From: Candidatus Bruticola sp.
Lineage (GTDB): Bacteria > Vulcanimicrobiota > Xenobia > Xenobiales > Xenobiaceae
Direction of reading: 5' to 3'
Length of the DNA stretch: 64,000 bases
NCBI GenBank assembly: GCA_051874735.1
Contig: JBJEGD010000013.1
Location: 1 to 64,000 of the forward strand
The notes beneath the pieces are model-generated. The model did no database searches and had not been told where the DNA came from. It was given only the letters and a program-made list of their open reading frames with translations. The stretch's first letter is position 1, and each line of letters opens with the position of its first letter. Made by a program: the position numbers and the translations under genes. Shown one piece after another: positions 8,835 through 18,231 of this stretch.

Positions 8835-9611
8835 TTACTCTTTACTTAGAGGGCGAAGGTAAACAGGAGGCTGAGGAATAGTTAAATTAGAGAATTCGCT
8901 GTCTTGTTGCTGCTTAAGTTTGCCAGTATTTGGATCTAGCTGGCTACTTAAGCGACGCACGTGGCAACGAAAAGCCTTAGTGTTGCTTGCCAATATGCTG
9001 ATCTGCTTATTCTCTTCAGCTGCAGATTCGCGCAGATATGCTAAATCGTCATTGGCAGCTTGCAGACAGAGATGAGCATCTGCTTTAGTCCAGTTATTGG
9101 AAATTTTCGGCAGTATACGCAGAACAGTAACGCATTGCTCCGTGTCGGCCGATTTTATTGAAGTATAATCCGGCTCCGGAAGGGTCAAAGATGAGGATTG
9201 ACCATTTGGTAAAACCTTAAGTCCTCTGGCTATCTCTTTTTTATATTGGTGTAGTAGCCGCTGAGCCTGTTGATTTTGTTCGAGTTTGCTTTTCATCAGA
9301 GTCAAAATGCGATCTTTGCGGATCAACATATATATAGAGGCATAAAGCTCTACTGGCTCTTTAGGCAGTCCCAAATTTAAAGAGTTTAGCCGCGAACGTA
9401 CCCCTTCCAGATCAGTTTCCAAAGGAAGATTGTCCAGTTCTGATTGGCATATTTTTAATTCTGCTTCGGGTATAAGACGGTTCAAACGAGCCAGCCAGTC
9501 CCATACTCTAGCTTGAACTATAGCCTGAGCCGGAGCGGTTAAACCGATTAGCAAAGCACCTATCAGAACTGTAACTGATAAACTCAACCATTTTTGTCGT
9601 ATTTTTTTCAT
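8835..9611 (-). CDS. Hypothetical secreted, largely helical protein
   Basis: Sec signal peptide ending APAQA; 258-aa ORF; no recognisable family. Confidence 0.6.
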   Translation of the reverse strand: MKKIRQKWLSLSVTVLIGALLIGLTAPAQAIVQARVWDWLARLNRLIPEAELKICQSELDNLPLETDLEGVRSRLNSLNLGLPKEPVELYASIYMLIRKDRILTLMKSKLEQNQQAQRLLHQYKKEIARGLKVLPNGQSSSLTLPEPDYTSIKSADTEQCVTVLRILPKISNNWTKADAHLCLQAANDDLAYLRESAAEENKQISILASNTKAFRCHVRRLSSQLDPNTGKLKQQQDSEFSNLTIPQPPVYLRPLSKE

Positions 9612-9647
9612 GAGTTTAGTCCGCCAAGCTTTTTAGTTTTATTTAAA

Positions 9648-10436
9648 CTATTGAAGCATTATTATCTTTTTTAGTAATTCTTCCCTAGCTTGAGGGTTGC
9701 TTAGAAGGAGAACTGGGCGGTTCAAATTCTCTTTAGATAAGTCATAAATATTAAAATTACGTCCGTCGAGGCAGTCAACACATCCGCCGGCTTCCCACAA
9801 AATAGGCAAGGCTCCGGCGACATCCCAGTGATAAATGCGCATAACCGCTCCGGCGGCATCTCCTCTGGCCACTGTCAGAGCGTGAGCTACCGTAGAGCCT
9901 AAACTGCGTATTTTACCTTGATAGGCATTTATTTTATAGTTGCGGTGAAAGGTGGAAGGCACTAAAAGTAATCCTTCTTTTTGCCCTAAATCAGTTTGGG
10001 TTATATCTAATCTTTGCAGACCTAATAGAGGCGATTCCATATAGGCGCCATGGTTACGGGCTCCCCAGTACCATTCTTGCAGAACTGGCAGATAAACCAC
10101 ACCTAGAACAGGAAGGCCGCGATCTATTAAACCTACACTTATGCCCCAAGAGGGGAGGCGGCACAAGTAAGCTGAAGTACCGTCAATAGGATCTATAGAC
10201 CAGGCTAAATTAGAAGCAGCCTGATGATAACCAGTTTCTTCACCAACTATAGTTTCGTTAGGAAAGTGTTCTTGCAGTCCCGCAATGAGACATTCTTCTA
10301 CCAGGCGATCTGCCTGAGTGACTAAAGTTCCGTCTTCTTTACTCTGACCGCGGATACGACCTAAGTGAAGCAAAGCAATTTCTGAAGCTTTTTTAATTAA
10401 GTTTTTTATGATATCGAATCTGTCAGTTAAGTCCAT
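9648..10436 (-). CDS. Inositol monophosphatase family protein (SuhB/HisN-like)
   Basis: LVTQAD, GEE, WSIDPIDGT, WDVAGALPILWEAGG. Confidence 0.9.
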   Translation of the reverse strand: MDLTDRFDIIKNLIKKASEIALLHLGRIRGQSKEDGTLVTQADRLVEECLIAGLQEHFPNETIVGEETGYHQAASNLAWSIDPIDGTSAYLCRLPSWGISVGLIDRGLPVLGVVYLPVLQEWYWGARNHGAYMESPLLGLQRLDITQTDLGQKEGLLLVPSTFHRNYKINAYQGKIRSLGSTVAHALTVARGDAAGAVMRIYHWDVAGALPILWEAGGCVDCLDGRNFNIYDLSKENLNRPVLLLSNPQAREELLKKIIMLQ

Positions 10437-10533
10437 AATTTTATAAAAAATACTTTTTCGTTAGAGAGCTTGTGCAGACTTTTTTTGTCTGATTTGTAAG
10501 TATACCTGCTAGAAATAGTACTAACGGTTGTAT

Positions 10534-10570
10534 AAAAAAACAGCCCCTCTGGCTTTAGGCAGGGGAGCTG
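10534..10570 (-). terminator. Intrinsic terminator after rplT
   Basis: Minus strand CAGCTCCCCT...AGGGGCTG followed by T7. Confidence 0.7.
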
Positions 10571-10610
10571 AATGAGAAAAAAATATTTGTTTAAAGTATC
10601 TGACTCAAAA

Positions 10611-10961
10611 CTAAGCTTTAACAGCGTTCTTGGCAATAGCAGCAAAAGCTTCCATATCGGTAATAGCCAAATCGGCCAGCATCTTGCGGTTAATCTCCAT
10701 ACCAGCCTGCTTGAGACCGCTCATCAATCTGCTGTAAGAAATACCGCAGGCGTGAGCTGCAGCGTTGATGCGGACGATCCACAGAGAGCGGATATCGCGC
10801 TTCTTAGCGCGGCGATCTCTGTAAGCATAATGCTGAGCGTGATGGAAAGCTTCCTGAGCGCAGCAGATACGACGGCTACGAGCGCCTCTGTAGCCCTTTA
10901 CTGCCTTTAACAAGGTGCGGCGTTTTTTCAGCGAGAGAGTTCCACGCTTTACTCTTGGCAT
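10611..10961 (-). CDS. rplT: 50S ribosomal protein L20
   Basis: MPRVKRG...KGYRGARS...YAYRDRR...LWIVRINAA...NRKMLADLA; SD GGAGG. Confidence 0.98.
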   Translation of the reverse strand: MPRVKRGTLSLKKRRTLLKAVKGYRGARSRRICCAQEAFHHAQHYAYRDRRAKKRDIRSLWIVRINAAAHACGISYSRLMSGLKQAGMEINRKMLADLAITDMEAFAAIAKNAVKA

Positions 10962-11052
10962 TTTATTCCTCCTCCTGAGGGGAGCGACTTAGTCGCAGCA
11001 AAAAATTGATTCTTAATGTTATCCAACGAGAAACTAGGACTAAAATATAAGC

Positions 11053-11256
11053 CTAGAGATAAGGAACAAGCGCCTGCATACGCTTGACGTCAGTCTTGTC
11101 TACGCCAACGATCTGACGGAATTTACGAGTTCTATCGGGAGACTTCTTCTCACGAATATGATGGCAACCGGAAAACTGGCGCATTCTCTTCATTTTACCT
11201 GTGCCGGTAACGCGGATCCGCTTTGCTACAGATCTTCTTGTGCGAATCTTAGGCAT
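11053..11256 (-). CDS. rpmI: 50S ribosomal protein L35
   Basis: MPKIRTRRSVAKRIRVTGTGK; lies between infC and rplT. Confidence 0.95.
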   Translation of the reverse strand: MPKIRTRRSVAKRIRVTGTGKMKRMRQFSGCHHIREKKSPDRTRKFRQIVGVDKTDVKRMQALVPYL

Positions 11257-11372
11257 GTGTAGCTCCTTTCATACCCTAAAAACAGCCCTGCTTAAGTCGT
11301 TCTACACAGGGCTTATTCTTTTTGTGATTTTTTTTCGACCTGACCAGAGCTAAAATTTTGCTTAAAAAGAAC

Positions 11373-11987
11373 TTAGGCGCTTTCAACCGCCTGAGCCTCT
11401 GGCTTAGAAGCATCGGAGGCAGGAGTCTGAGATACTGCAGACTGTGAAACGGCCTTAGGCTTAGCCTGGGCTTGGGGGCCTGTTCTAGGAGCTAAAACCA
11501 TAACCATCTGGCGTCCATCCATGGTCGCTTTCTGGGCGATCATAGCAATATCCTGAACCCGCTCATATAAAGACTTCAACAGCTCCTTGGCGAGTTCCAT
11601 GTGGACGATCTCACGGCCGCGGAAACGCAAAGTAACCTTTACACGGTCGCCTGAACGTATCAAACGATCGATAGTCTTGATTTTGACTTCAAAATCGTGA
11701 TCGTCAATTTTCGGGCGAACCTTAACTTCACGAAGCTCTTGGGGCTTGCGCTTGGCACGGCTATCTCTCTCGGATTTTGACTGTACATATTTGTACTTAC
11801 CATAATCCATAAAACGACATACCGGCGGTCTAGCTGTGGGATTGACTTCCACCAAATCTAAGTTATGAGCTTGAGCCTTCTCCAATGCCTCACGAGTAGA
11901 CATTTGGCCCAACTGGTGTCCCTCTTCATCGATAACAAAAACACGGGGGACTCTGATCTGGCGATTAGTTCTCAGTTCCTTGGAAAT
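11373..11987 (-). CDS. infC: Translation initiation factor IF-3 (non-canonical ATT start)
   Basis: The reading frame continues upstream of the tracked ORF as ISKELRTNRQIRVPRVFVIDEEG; ATT at 11987 follows SD AAGAGG; LDLVEV, PPVCRFMDYGKYKY, FRGRE. Confidence 0.95.
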   Translation of the reverse strand: MSKELRTNRQIRVPRVFVIDEEGHQLGQMSTREALEKAQAHNLDLVEVNPTARPPVCRFMDYGKYKYVQSKSERDSRAKRKPQELREVKVRPKIDDHDFEVKIKTIDRLIRSGDRVKVTLRFRGREIVHMELAKELLKSLYERVQDIAMIAQKATMDGRQMVMVLAPRTGPQAQAKPKAVSQSAVSQTPASDASKPEAQAVESA

Positions 11988-12107
11988 GTGCGTACCTCTT
12001 CTGCCAGCCGAAAAAACATAACGTGAACCAACTCTGCATGTGGTCTAGTTCTAGAAAACCAAAACCTAATAGGCCCCTAAATAATGAAAGGCTCTAATGA
12101 CCACTAC

Positions 12108-12180
12108 CTCTGAAGCTGCCTGCATTTAGTAATATTCACTAGACGGCGCCGCAGGGTGAGAAGCCGGTACAGCTTCTGCT
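12108..12180 (-). ncRNA. Ribosomal protein L20 leader (cis-regulatory RNA)
   Basis: Minus strand AGCAGAAGC-TGTACCG-GCTTCTCACCCTGC...GCAGG matches the Firmicutes-type L20 leader pattern; lies upstream of infC-rpmI-rplT; 3' boundary approximate. Confidence 0.8.
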
Positions 12181-12232
12181 TTTTTTGGCCTGTAGTCTAT
12201 TTCTACACGCTCTATTACAATGTAGCCTAGGC

Positions 12233-12262
12233 ATTATACTATTCTATTGAAATTAAAGTCAA
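12233..12262 (-). promoter_or_regulatory. Sigma70-type promoter of the infC operon
   Basis: TTGACT-18 nt-TATAAT on the minus strand. Confidence 0.7.
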
Positions 12263-12318
12263 TATGCCCAAAAACTATTTTTTATAAATAGGCGGCCTTT
12301 ACCGCCATTTATATTAGA

Positions 12319-13356
12319 TTAAGAGCGCAAGTTACTGCTGTCAGTTAAATGTCTGTGGGCAGCGACAGTCATTGCAGGAGGTTTTGTAGGTTTAAAATTC
12401 TCTTGAGCTTCTCTTATGTGAGGCCAAAGTTCTCCTTTGTATCGGCGTGAATAGTGGAAAAGATAGAGGCTGCCCACTTTCAGCTGATTGGCAATGCGCC
12501 CAACTTGACGAGCTGTCAAATGCAAATTTTTTACAGCTTTCTCACGCTCTGTATGACGGTAACAAGCTTCACACCACAGTTCATCTGCACCTTGACCGAC
12601 CCAATGAATAGAGGCCATGCTGTCTCTGTTAAAAACTGTATCAGTAACATAGGCATAACGACTGGGCTTGGGATAATAAACTAAGGAGCGCAGGGCATCG
12701 ATAGTCTTTACTTCATCGCCGACTTTGAGATCGTGAGGTTCAGAGATTTGACCTGAGCATATTTTCAGCAGTTGACCGATCCAAGAACCGGAGGGGAGAC
12801 CAGACTTAGCCAATTCATCTTTTTTAATGCGCGCCTGTAAAGGCTCAGTAATTGAATAACAAAGGCAGGGAACGCCGTGTACTACTGGCGCAAAACGCAG
12901 CATCGTGCCGTCGGCAAGACGCAGCTCAGGATGAGTGAGCGGATGAGCGCGCCGATCGTCTATATCTTCTATAAATCTGTTGGAAGCTCTGAACAGGTAG
13001 GATACGACTTGAGTATCTTCTAATTCACAGCATTTTATAGCAAAATTCGAATCGTCAGTCAAATTCCAACTATATCCTTGCAGTCGGCTGCTGATCTGGT
13101 TAGCTAATCCCACAGGGCCGAAGAAGACCAGTTCTTTTGATTCGCGCAAGTTCATGCGCATAAGAGTGTCGAAACCTATAAAATGATCGATATGGGAGTG
13201 GGTGATAAAAACGTTTTTGGTGTCGATCATGGTGCCGACACTTAAGTTCCGGAGATCTCCACAGTCAAATAACCAATATTCGCGCGTATCATTAACGCGT
13301 ACTAAAACTCCAGGATCTTCCCAGGGTTGATTAATTAGAGTACAAGTATATTTCAT
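12319..13356 (-). CDS. RNase Z-like MBL-fold metallo-hydrolase
   Basis: LINQPWEDP, LFDCG, ITHSHIDHFIGFD, HGVP, GLPSGSWI exosite-like arm, YVTDT, CEA, HLT, FHYSRRY. Confidence 0.8.
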   Translation of the reverse strand: MKYTCTLINQPWEDPGVLVRVNDTREYWLFDCGDLRNLSVGTMIDTKNVFITHSHIDHFIGFDTLMRMNLRESKELVFFGPVGLANQISSRLQGYSWNLTDDSNFAIKCCELEDTQVVSYLFRASNRFIEDIDDRRAHPLTHPELRLADGTMLRFAPVVHGVPCLCYSITEPLQARIKKDELAKSGLPSGSWIGQLLKICSGQISEPHDLKVGDEVKTIDALRSLVYYPKPSRYAYVTDTVFNRDSMASIHWVGQGADELWCEACYRHTEREKAVKNLHLTARQVGRIANQLKVGSLYLFHYSRRYKGELWPHIREAQENFKPTKPPAMTVAAHRHLTDSSNLRS

Positions 13357-13375
13357 TAAGCGGCTGCCCCCCATG

Positions 13376-14128
13376 TTAAGCTAGATACAGAGCTAACTCA
13401 ATCATATCGTGCAGAGAATCTTGGCGTTGCTGAGCTGTCAAAATTTCGGAATGTCCCAGCACTTCGCTGACTGTAAGAATAGTTAAAGCTTTTTTGCCAT
13501 GCAGGGACGCATTAGTATAAAGTATTGCTCCCTCCATTTCACAGGCTAAAACTCCTAATCGGCTCCATTTTTCATAACTGTTTGAAGCATCGTAAAAATA
13601 GTCTGAAGTTAAAATATTGCCGGTATGAACCGGTAATTTTTTCTCTTGGCAGCGTTGGTAAGCTTGGAGTAAAAGTTCAAAATCGGCTAAAGGAGCGAAA
13701 GTTCCGTTTAGCTGGAACTGACTAATAAAGTTTGAATTAGTGCAGCAGCCTTGAGCTAGAATTATATCTCCTAACTTAAGATGAGGTTGCATACCTCCGC
13801 AAGTGCCGATGCGAATAATTTTTTCTACTCCCATATAAGCAAAAAGTTCATGGGAGTAGATTCCCATAGAAGGGCCGCCCATGCCGCTAGCCATAACTGA
13901 GACGCGCTTGCCTTCATATAGTCCGGTGTATCCTTGGACAGAGCGTACATCATTGACTAACTCCGCATGTTCTAAGTAATTTTCGGCAATAAAGCGGGCT
14001 CTCAAGGGATCGCCAGGCATTAACACTGAAGGAGCGAACTGTTTAGGATGGCTGTGAATATGAGGAGTACCGACTTTTAAATTTGAAATATCAAATGAGG
14101 ATATTGTACCGCTTGCAAAAGACTGCAC
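13376..14128 (-). CDS. deoD: Purine-nucleoside phosphorylase (DeoD type)
   Basis: TPHI, VLMPGDPLRA, GMGGPS, RIGTCG, EMEGA; likely GTG start at 14128 after AAGGA (the tracked TTG start at 14263 would overlap dus). Confidence 0.92.
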   Translation of the reverse strand: MQSFASGTISSFDISNLKVGTPHIHSHPKQFAPSVLMPGDPLRARFIAENYLEHAELVNDVRSVQGYTGLYEGKRVSVMASGMGGPSMGIYSHELFAYMGVEKIIRIGTCGGMQPHLKLGDIILAQGCCTNSNFISQFQLNGTFAPLADFELLLQAYQRCQEKKLPVHTGNILTSDYFYDASNSYEKWSRLGVLACEMEGAILYTNASLHGKKALTILTVSEVLGHSEILTAQQRQDSLHDMIELALYLA

Positions 14129-14196
14129 CTCTATTCCTTCCTTTCGCTCTAAATTAGATGTATCAACTGACTGAGTTTCAAAGTTGGTATCTTTGT

Positions 14197-15465
14197 TCAG
14201 ATTATTAATTTCCGTTTTATCCGTTTCAGCTTGATGGGAAGCTTTGACTTCATTAAAAGGCAAACCGCTGGCCGAAGCTTTTTTTGTTCTTTAGCTGCTT
14301 TCTGCTCAGCCCGCTGTTTAGCTTGCCTGCTGTATTGCTCCTTTAATTCTGGAGCTAAGGCGGCCAGTTCCTCATATAGCCAAGTTCGATCATGCTGATC
14401 AGCTGCGCAGAGAACAAAAGTGTTGGCCAATTTTTGACGGAACGTTTTCCCATAACCAGCTAAAACTATATCGAGAGGATCGCCTTCGTAAATATTATCC
14501 AGACGAGTTTGAATTAGAGGATGCTGGCGCGAGCTCTGGTGGTACTTCTCTTCTGGCAGATAGCGGTAGCGACTGAACAGATCAAAATGCCAAACGAGGA
14601 AGTTGCTGACAGTGCGCTGTCCGTGGGCATCGCTGCCGAAGTGTTCCAACATGTAATTGGTCAATTGTAGGTAAATGGCGGCGCGTTCCTTAGGGGATAG
14701 ATCTAAATCGATTTTATCCCGTATCTCTTGGAATATCCAGGGTTTTATAAGAGCTCCGCGCCCGATCATAATACCTTGGGCTCCGCTGGGAAGCTGTTTA
14801 TCTTCAGCTTCATACCAGGTTAGTATATCGCCGTTGCCTATGACAGGAATACTCACACTATCGACAGCTCTTTTGACAACGCTCCAATCTGCTGCGCCCG
14901 TATAGCGCTGCTCACGGGTTCGTCCGTGCACTGTAATAGCGCAGGCTCCGTACTTTTCCGCTAAATTTGAAGTCGTCTCAATATTAATATGGCCTTCTTT
15001 GTAACCTGAACGAAGTTTTACCGTATAGGGAATATGCGCGTTCTTTTGGAGTACTTCAAGGAGCAATTCCAACTTTTTAAGACGATCTAGGAGCTGCGCA
15101 CCCATACCTTTATTAACAGCTTCATCTATGGGGCAGCCGCAGTTTAAATCTATGAAGTCGGCACCTGATTCTTCGATTATAGGTATGGAATTTTTCAGAT
15201 CTTCTGGGTTGTTTGTTAAAACTTGCACACCAAAGCACCGCTCTTGGGGAGCGCGGCGCAGCAGAGCCAAATCTTTGCGGTTGCCTTTAGCTAAAGCGGA
15301 GGCAAAAATCATTTCTGATATGGTAATGGTGGCTCCGAAATTGCAACACAAACGACGGAAAGGCAGATTGCTGCCTCTGCTCATGGGAGCTAGGATGACT
15401 GAATTATTCCAACTACTAATCATAGGCGGGGGAAGTTCCGTATTTGTCCATATATTCCCTTTCAA
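14197..15465 (-). CDS. tRNA-dihydrouridine synthase, Dus3-like
   Basis: LAPM, NLPFRRLC, DFIDLNCGCPID, HGRTREQRYT, ADW, GNGDI, GRGALIKPWIF, LEHFGSD; start uncertain (TTG 15465 or ATG 15423). Confidence 0.9.
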   Translation of the reverse strand: MKGNIWTNTELPPPMISSWNNSVILAPMSRGSNLPFRRLCCNFGATITISEMIFASALAKGNRKDLALLRRAPQERCFGVQVLTNNPEDLKNSIPIIEESGADFIDLNCGCPIDEAVNKGMGAQLLDRLKKLELLLEVLQKNAHIPYTVKLRSGYKEGHINIETTSNLAEKYGACAITVHGRTREQRYTGAADWSVVKRAVDSVSIPVIGNGDILTWYEAEDKQLPSGAQGIMIGRGALIKPWIFQEIRDKIDLDLSPKERAAIYLQLTNYMLEHFGSDAHGQRTVSNFLVWHFDLFSRYRYLPEEKYHQSSRQHPLIQTRLDNIYEGDPLDIVLAGYGKTFRQKLANTFVLCAADQHDRTWLYEELAALAPELKEQYSRQAKQRAEQKAAKEQKKLRPAVCLLMKSKLPIKLKRIKRKLII

Positions 15466-15618
15466 GATAGCTTGAGGAAATATCTTAGATAATAAAAAAT
15501 AGATGCCTTTTTGTTTGGCCGTCTGCTGGCGGGGGAATACTTGGTGGCAGGTTTATTATTTTTAGGCGGTGAACTTTCGAAGGTAATTTTTTACCGTAAC
15601 ATTTTTTGGAGATTAACT

Positions 15619-17070
15619 ATGGTTCGTGTACGTTTTGCTCCCAGTCCTACCGGCTATCTTCATGTCGGCGGTTTGCGCACTGCACTTTATAATTATCTTA
15701 TGGCCCGTCATGAAGGAGGGCAGTTTATTTTGCGCATTGAGGATACCGACCGCACTCGTTTAGTAGAAGGGGCGGTTGAGGCTTTGCTCGATTCGTTAAA
15801 ATGGGCAGGCTTAAAGCCCGATGAAGGTGCAGTAGTTGGAGGAGATCGCGGCCCGTATGTACAGAGCGAGCGTTTGCCTATTTATCACAAAATGGCTCAA
15901 AAATTAGTCGATGAAGGCCATGCTTACTACTGTTTCTGCACAGCAGAGCGCCTAGAAAAAATGAGGGCTGAGCACAGTGCTAAAGGAGAAAGCACGGCTT
16001 ATGACCGAGCTTGTCGAAATTTATCTAAAGAAGAGGTCTCCGAAAGACTATCCAAAGGCGAACCGCATGTCATTCGTCTTAAGGTTCCTGATGGACGCAC
16101 TTTGACCGTACACGATATAGTACGTGGTGAGGTAAGCTTTGATTCTTCTTTAATTGACGATCAGGTTTTAATTAAGACTGATGGTTTCCCAACTTATCAT
16201 ATGGCTGTCGTCGTAGATGACCATCTTATGGGGATCACTCACGTCATTCGTGGTGAAGAGTGGCTCTCTTCTACGCCTAAACATTTGCTGCTTTACGAAT
16301 TTTTCGGTTGGGAGGTTCCTCAATACGCTCACGTTCCTTTAATTATTAATGAGAACGGTAAAAAGCTTTCCAAGCGCGATGGTGATGTGTCAGTTGAATC
16401 TTATCGGGAAAAAGGCTACTTGCCTGAGGCTATGCTCAATTTCCTCTGTTTGTTGGGGTGGAACCCCGGTGATGAACGTGAGTTTTTCACTTTAGAGGAC
16501 CTTTGCCAAGTCTTTTCCATTGAGCGCGTGCGCAAGTCCGGCGCAGTTTTTGATTTCGATAAGCTTTTATATATTAATGGATTGCATATGAGAGCTAAAT
16601 CGAATGAAGAATTGGCCGATCTGGCTATGCCGTTTTTCGATAAGTTAGGCAAAGAGCGTCCAGAACGTTCTTATCTTATCAAAATTGTGGAATTAATGGC
16701 TGAGAGGGCCAATTTGCTGACAGATTATGTAACTGAGGCCCCTTATTTCTATGCTGATCCGGAAACTTATGAAGAAGCCACAATTAAGAAACGCTGGAAG
16801 GCAGCTAGTCATGCTTTGTTGTCCGGGTGGATGGTTATTTTGCGCGACCTTGACGACTTCACTCCAGAACATTTGGAAGCCAGCTTGCGCGAGTTTGCTC
16901 AGGAGCGGGGTGTAGGAGCTGGCCAGCTGATTCATCCTGTGCGCTTAGCTTTAAGCGGAGTAGGTAACGGACCCAGTCTTTTCCATATGATGGAAGTTCT
17001 GGGTAAAGAAACTTGTTTGCGTCGTTTGCAGAAGGCTTTGAACGTTCTTCCTGACGGTTCAATCGCTTAA
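15619..17070 (+). CDS. gltX: Glutamate--tRNA ligase
   Basis: VRVRFAPSPTGYLHVGG (HIGH), RIEDTD, YYCFC, KKLSKR (KMSKS); ATG 15619 after GGAG. Confidence 0.97.
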   Translation: MVRVRFAPSPTGYLHVGGLRTALYNYLMARHEGGQFILRIEDTDRTRLVEGAVEALLDSLKWAGLKPDEGAVVGGDRGPYVQSERLPIYHKMAQKLVDEGHAYYCFCTAERLEKMRAEHSAKGESTAYDRACRNLSKEEVSERLSKGEPHVIRLKVPDGRTLTVHDIVRGEVSFDSSLIDDQVLIKTDGFPTYHMAVVVDDHLMGITHVIRGEEWLSSTPKHLLLYEFFGWEVPQYAHVPLIINENGKKLSKRDGDVSVESYREKGYLPEAMLNFLCLLGWNPGDEREFFTLEDLCQVFSIERVRKSGAVFDFDKLLYINGLHMRAKSNEELADLAMPFFDKLGKERPERSYLIKIVELMAERANLLTDYVTEAPYFYADPETYEEATIKKRWKAASHALLSGWMVILRDLDDFTPEHLEASLREFAQERGVGAGQLIHPVRLALSGVGNGPSLFHMMEVLGKETCLRRLQKALNVLPDGSIA

Positions 17071-17193
17071 ATTTTATTCTTTTAATGCGCCGATTGGTCT
17101 GCCTCTGAAATTTGTATTTAGTGGTTTAAGACTGATCGGTACGCTTTTTTAGGTACGGTATAACAGCAATATTACTTTTAAAGTAGGTGATGA

Positions 17194-18129
17194 ATGGATA
17201 AAATTTTGGCTTCGAACAGGCGTATTTTGGCCTTAGATTTCGATGGGGTTCTTTGGGATACTCAGCGTGAAGGCTATATTGTCGCTCAAAAAGTGTGGCA
17301 GGAAATTTTTGGGCGTTGGGCTTTCTGTCCCATGGAGCTGTTTTTATCGGGCCGTTGGTTGGCTAACAGTGGAGAAGAATTTGGCTTGCTGTTGTTGCTA
17401 GGGGAGAGGTTGTGCCTACAGGAGGCTGGGGTATTCGATAAGCAGGCAGAACGGGAAAAAATTGTCAGTTCCAAGGCAGAGCGAGCCAGTTTCGAAAGCT
17501 TAGCTGTTCCTCAGAAATTGCAGGGCCATTTGCGTGAGTGGTCTGAAGGAGCTGAGCCCTGGCAAGAGAGCAGTGATAAATTCCCTGTAAATGTCTCTCC
17601 AATTAGTTTGTCCAGTTACTCTTTATCTAAATTTGTTTGCGATGGAGAACAATTGCGCTGCTTTTTGAGCTATTTTGGACGCCGTTTAGCGTGGCTGCGC
17701 GCAGAATGTCGCCGCAGTAATTTGCAAGAATGGCTCAGCTGGCAGAATTTTTATCCTGGCACCCCAGAAATCATCAATCAGGCCCTAGCCAAATTCGATG
17801 GGTTAGCAGTTTGTACTACCAAAGATAAAGCTTCAGTAGAGGCTTTATTAAAAACTGCAGGGCTCAAAATGCTAGTAATATCGAAAGAGTATACTTTTGA
17901 CAAACATTTACAGCTGTATATATTGGCGGCCAGTTTCGGTGTAGAGCCTAGTCAAATACTATTTGTTGATGATTTACTAAAAAATTTGCTAAGAGTTCGT
18001 CCTTTGGGAGTTCATACCGCTTTAGCCGACTGGGGTTATAATAACCTTCAGGCAAGGGCAGAAGCTGCTAAACTCAATATTCCTTCGTTCAGCAGCCTTG
18101 CCGAAGTGCTTAACTTTTTTCGTTATTAG
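17194..18129 (+). CDS. HAD-family hydrolase with an insertion
   Basis: LALDFDGVLWD (motif I), YPG, VCTTK, FVDD, ADWGYN. Confidence 0.8.
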   Translation: MDKILASNRRILALDFDGVLWDTQREGYIVAQKVWQEIFGRWAFCPMELFLSGRWLANSGEEFGLLLLLGERLCLQEAGVFDKQAEREKIVSSKAERASFESLAVPQKLQGHLREWSEGAEPWQESSDKFPVNVSPISLSSYSLSKFVCDGEQLRCFLSYFGRRLAWLRAECRRSNLQEWLSWQNFYPGTPEIINQALAKFDGLAVCTTKDKASVEALLKTAGLKMLVISKEYTFDKHLQLYILAASFGVEPSQILFVDDLLKNLLRVRPLGVHTALADWGYNNLQARAEAAKLNIPSFSSLAEVLNFFRY

Positions 18130-18162
18130 TCTCTAACTTTGTTTATAAATTACTAAAACATT

Positions 18163-18202
18163 TAGCGGTCTCTGCACTTTGAATTAAGAGCAGAGGCCGC
18201 TA
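18163..18202. terminator. Bidirectional terminator-like hairpin
   Basis: TAGCGGTCTCTGC...GCAGAGGCCGCTA between convergent genes. Confidence 0.7.
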
Positions 18203-18231
18203 TTTACATGTTGCCGTGTTGTAAAGTTCAA

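Noticed and set aside
10572-10910. 112-aa plus-strand ORF
   Set aside because: Antisense shadow of rplT with no independent coding evidence
14197-14263. Apparent 67-nt overlap of dus and deoD
   Set aside because: A GTG at 14128 with an AAGGA SD gives a more normal DeoD with no overlap
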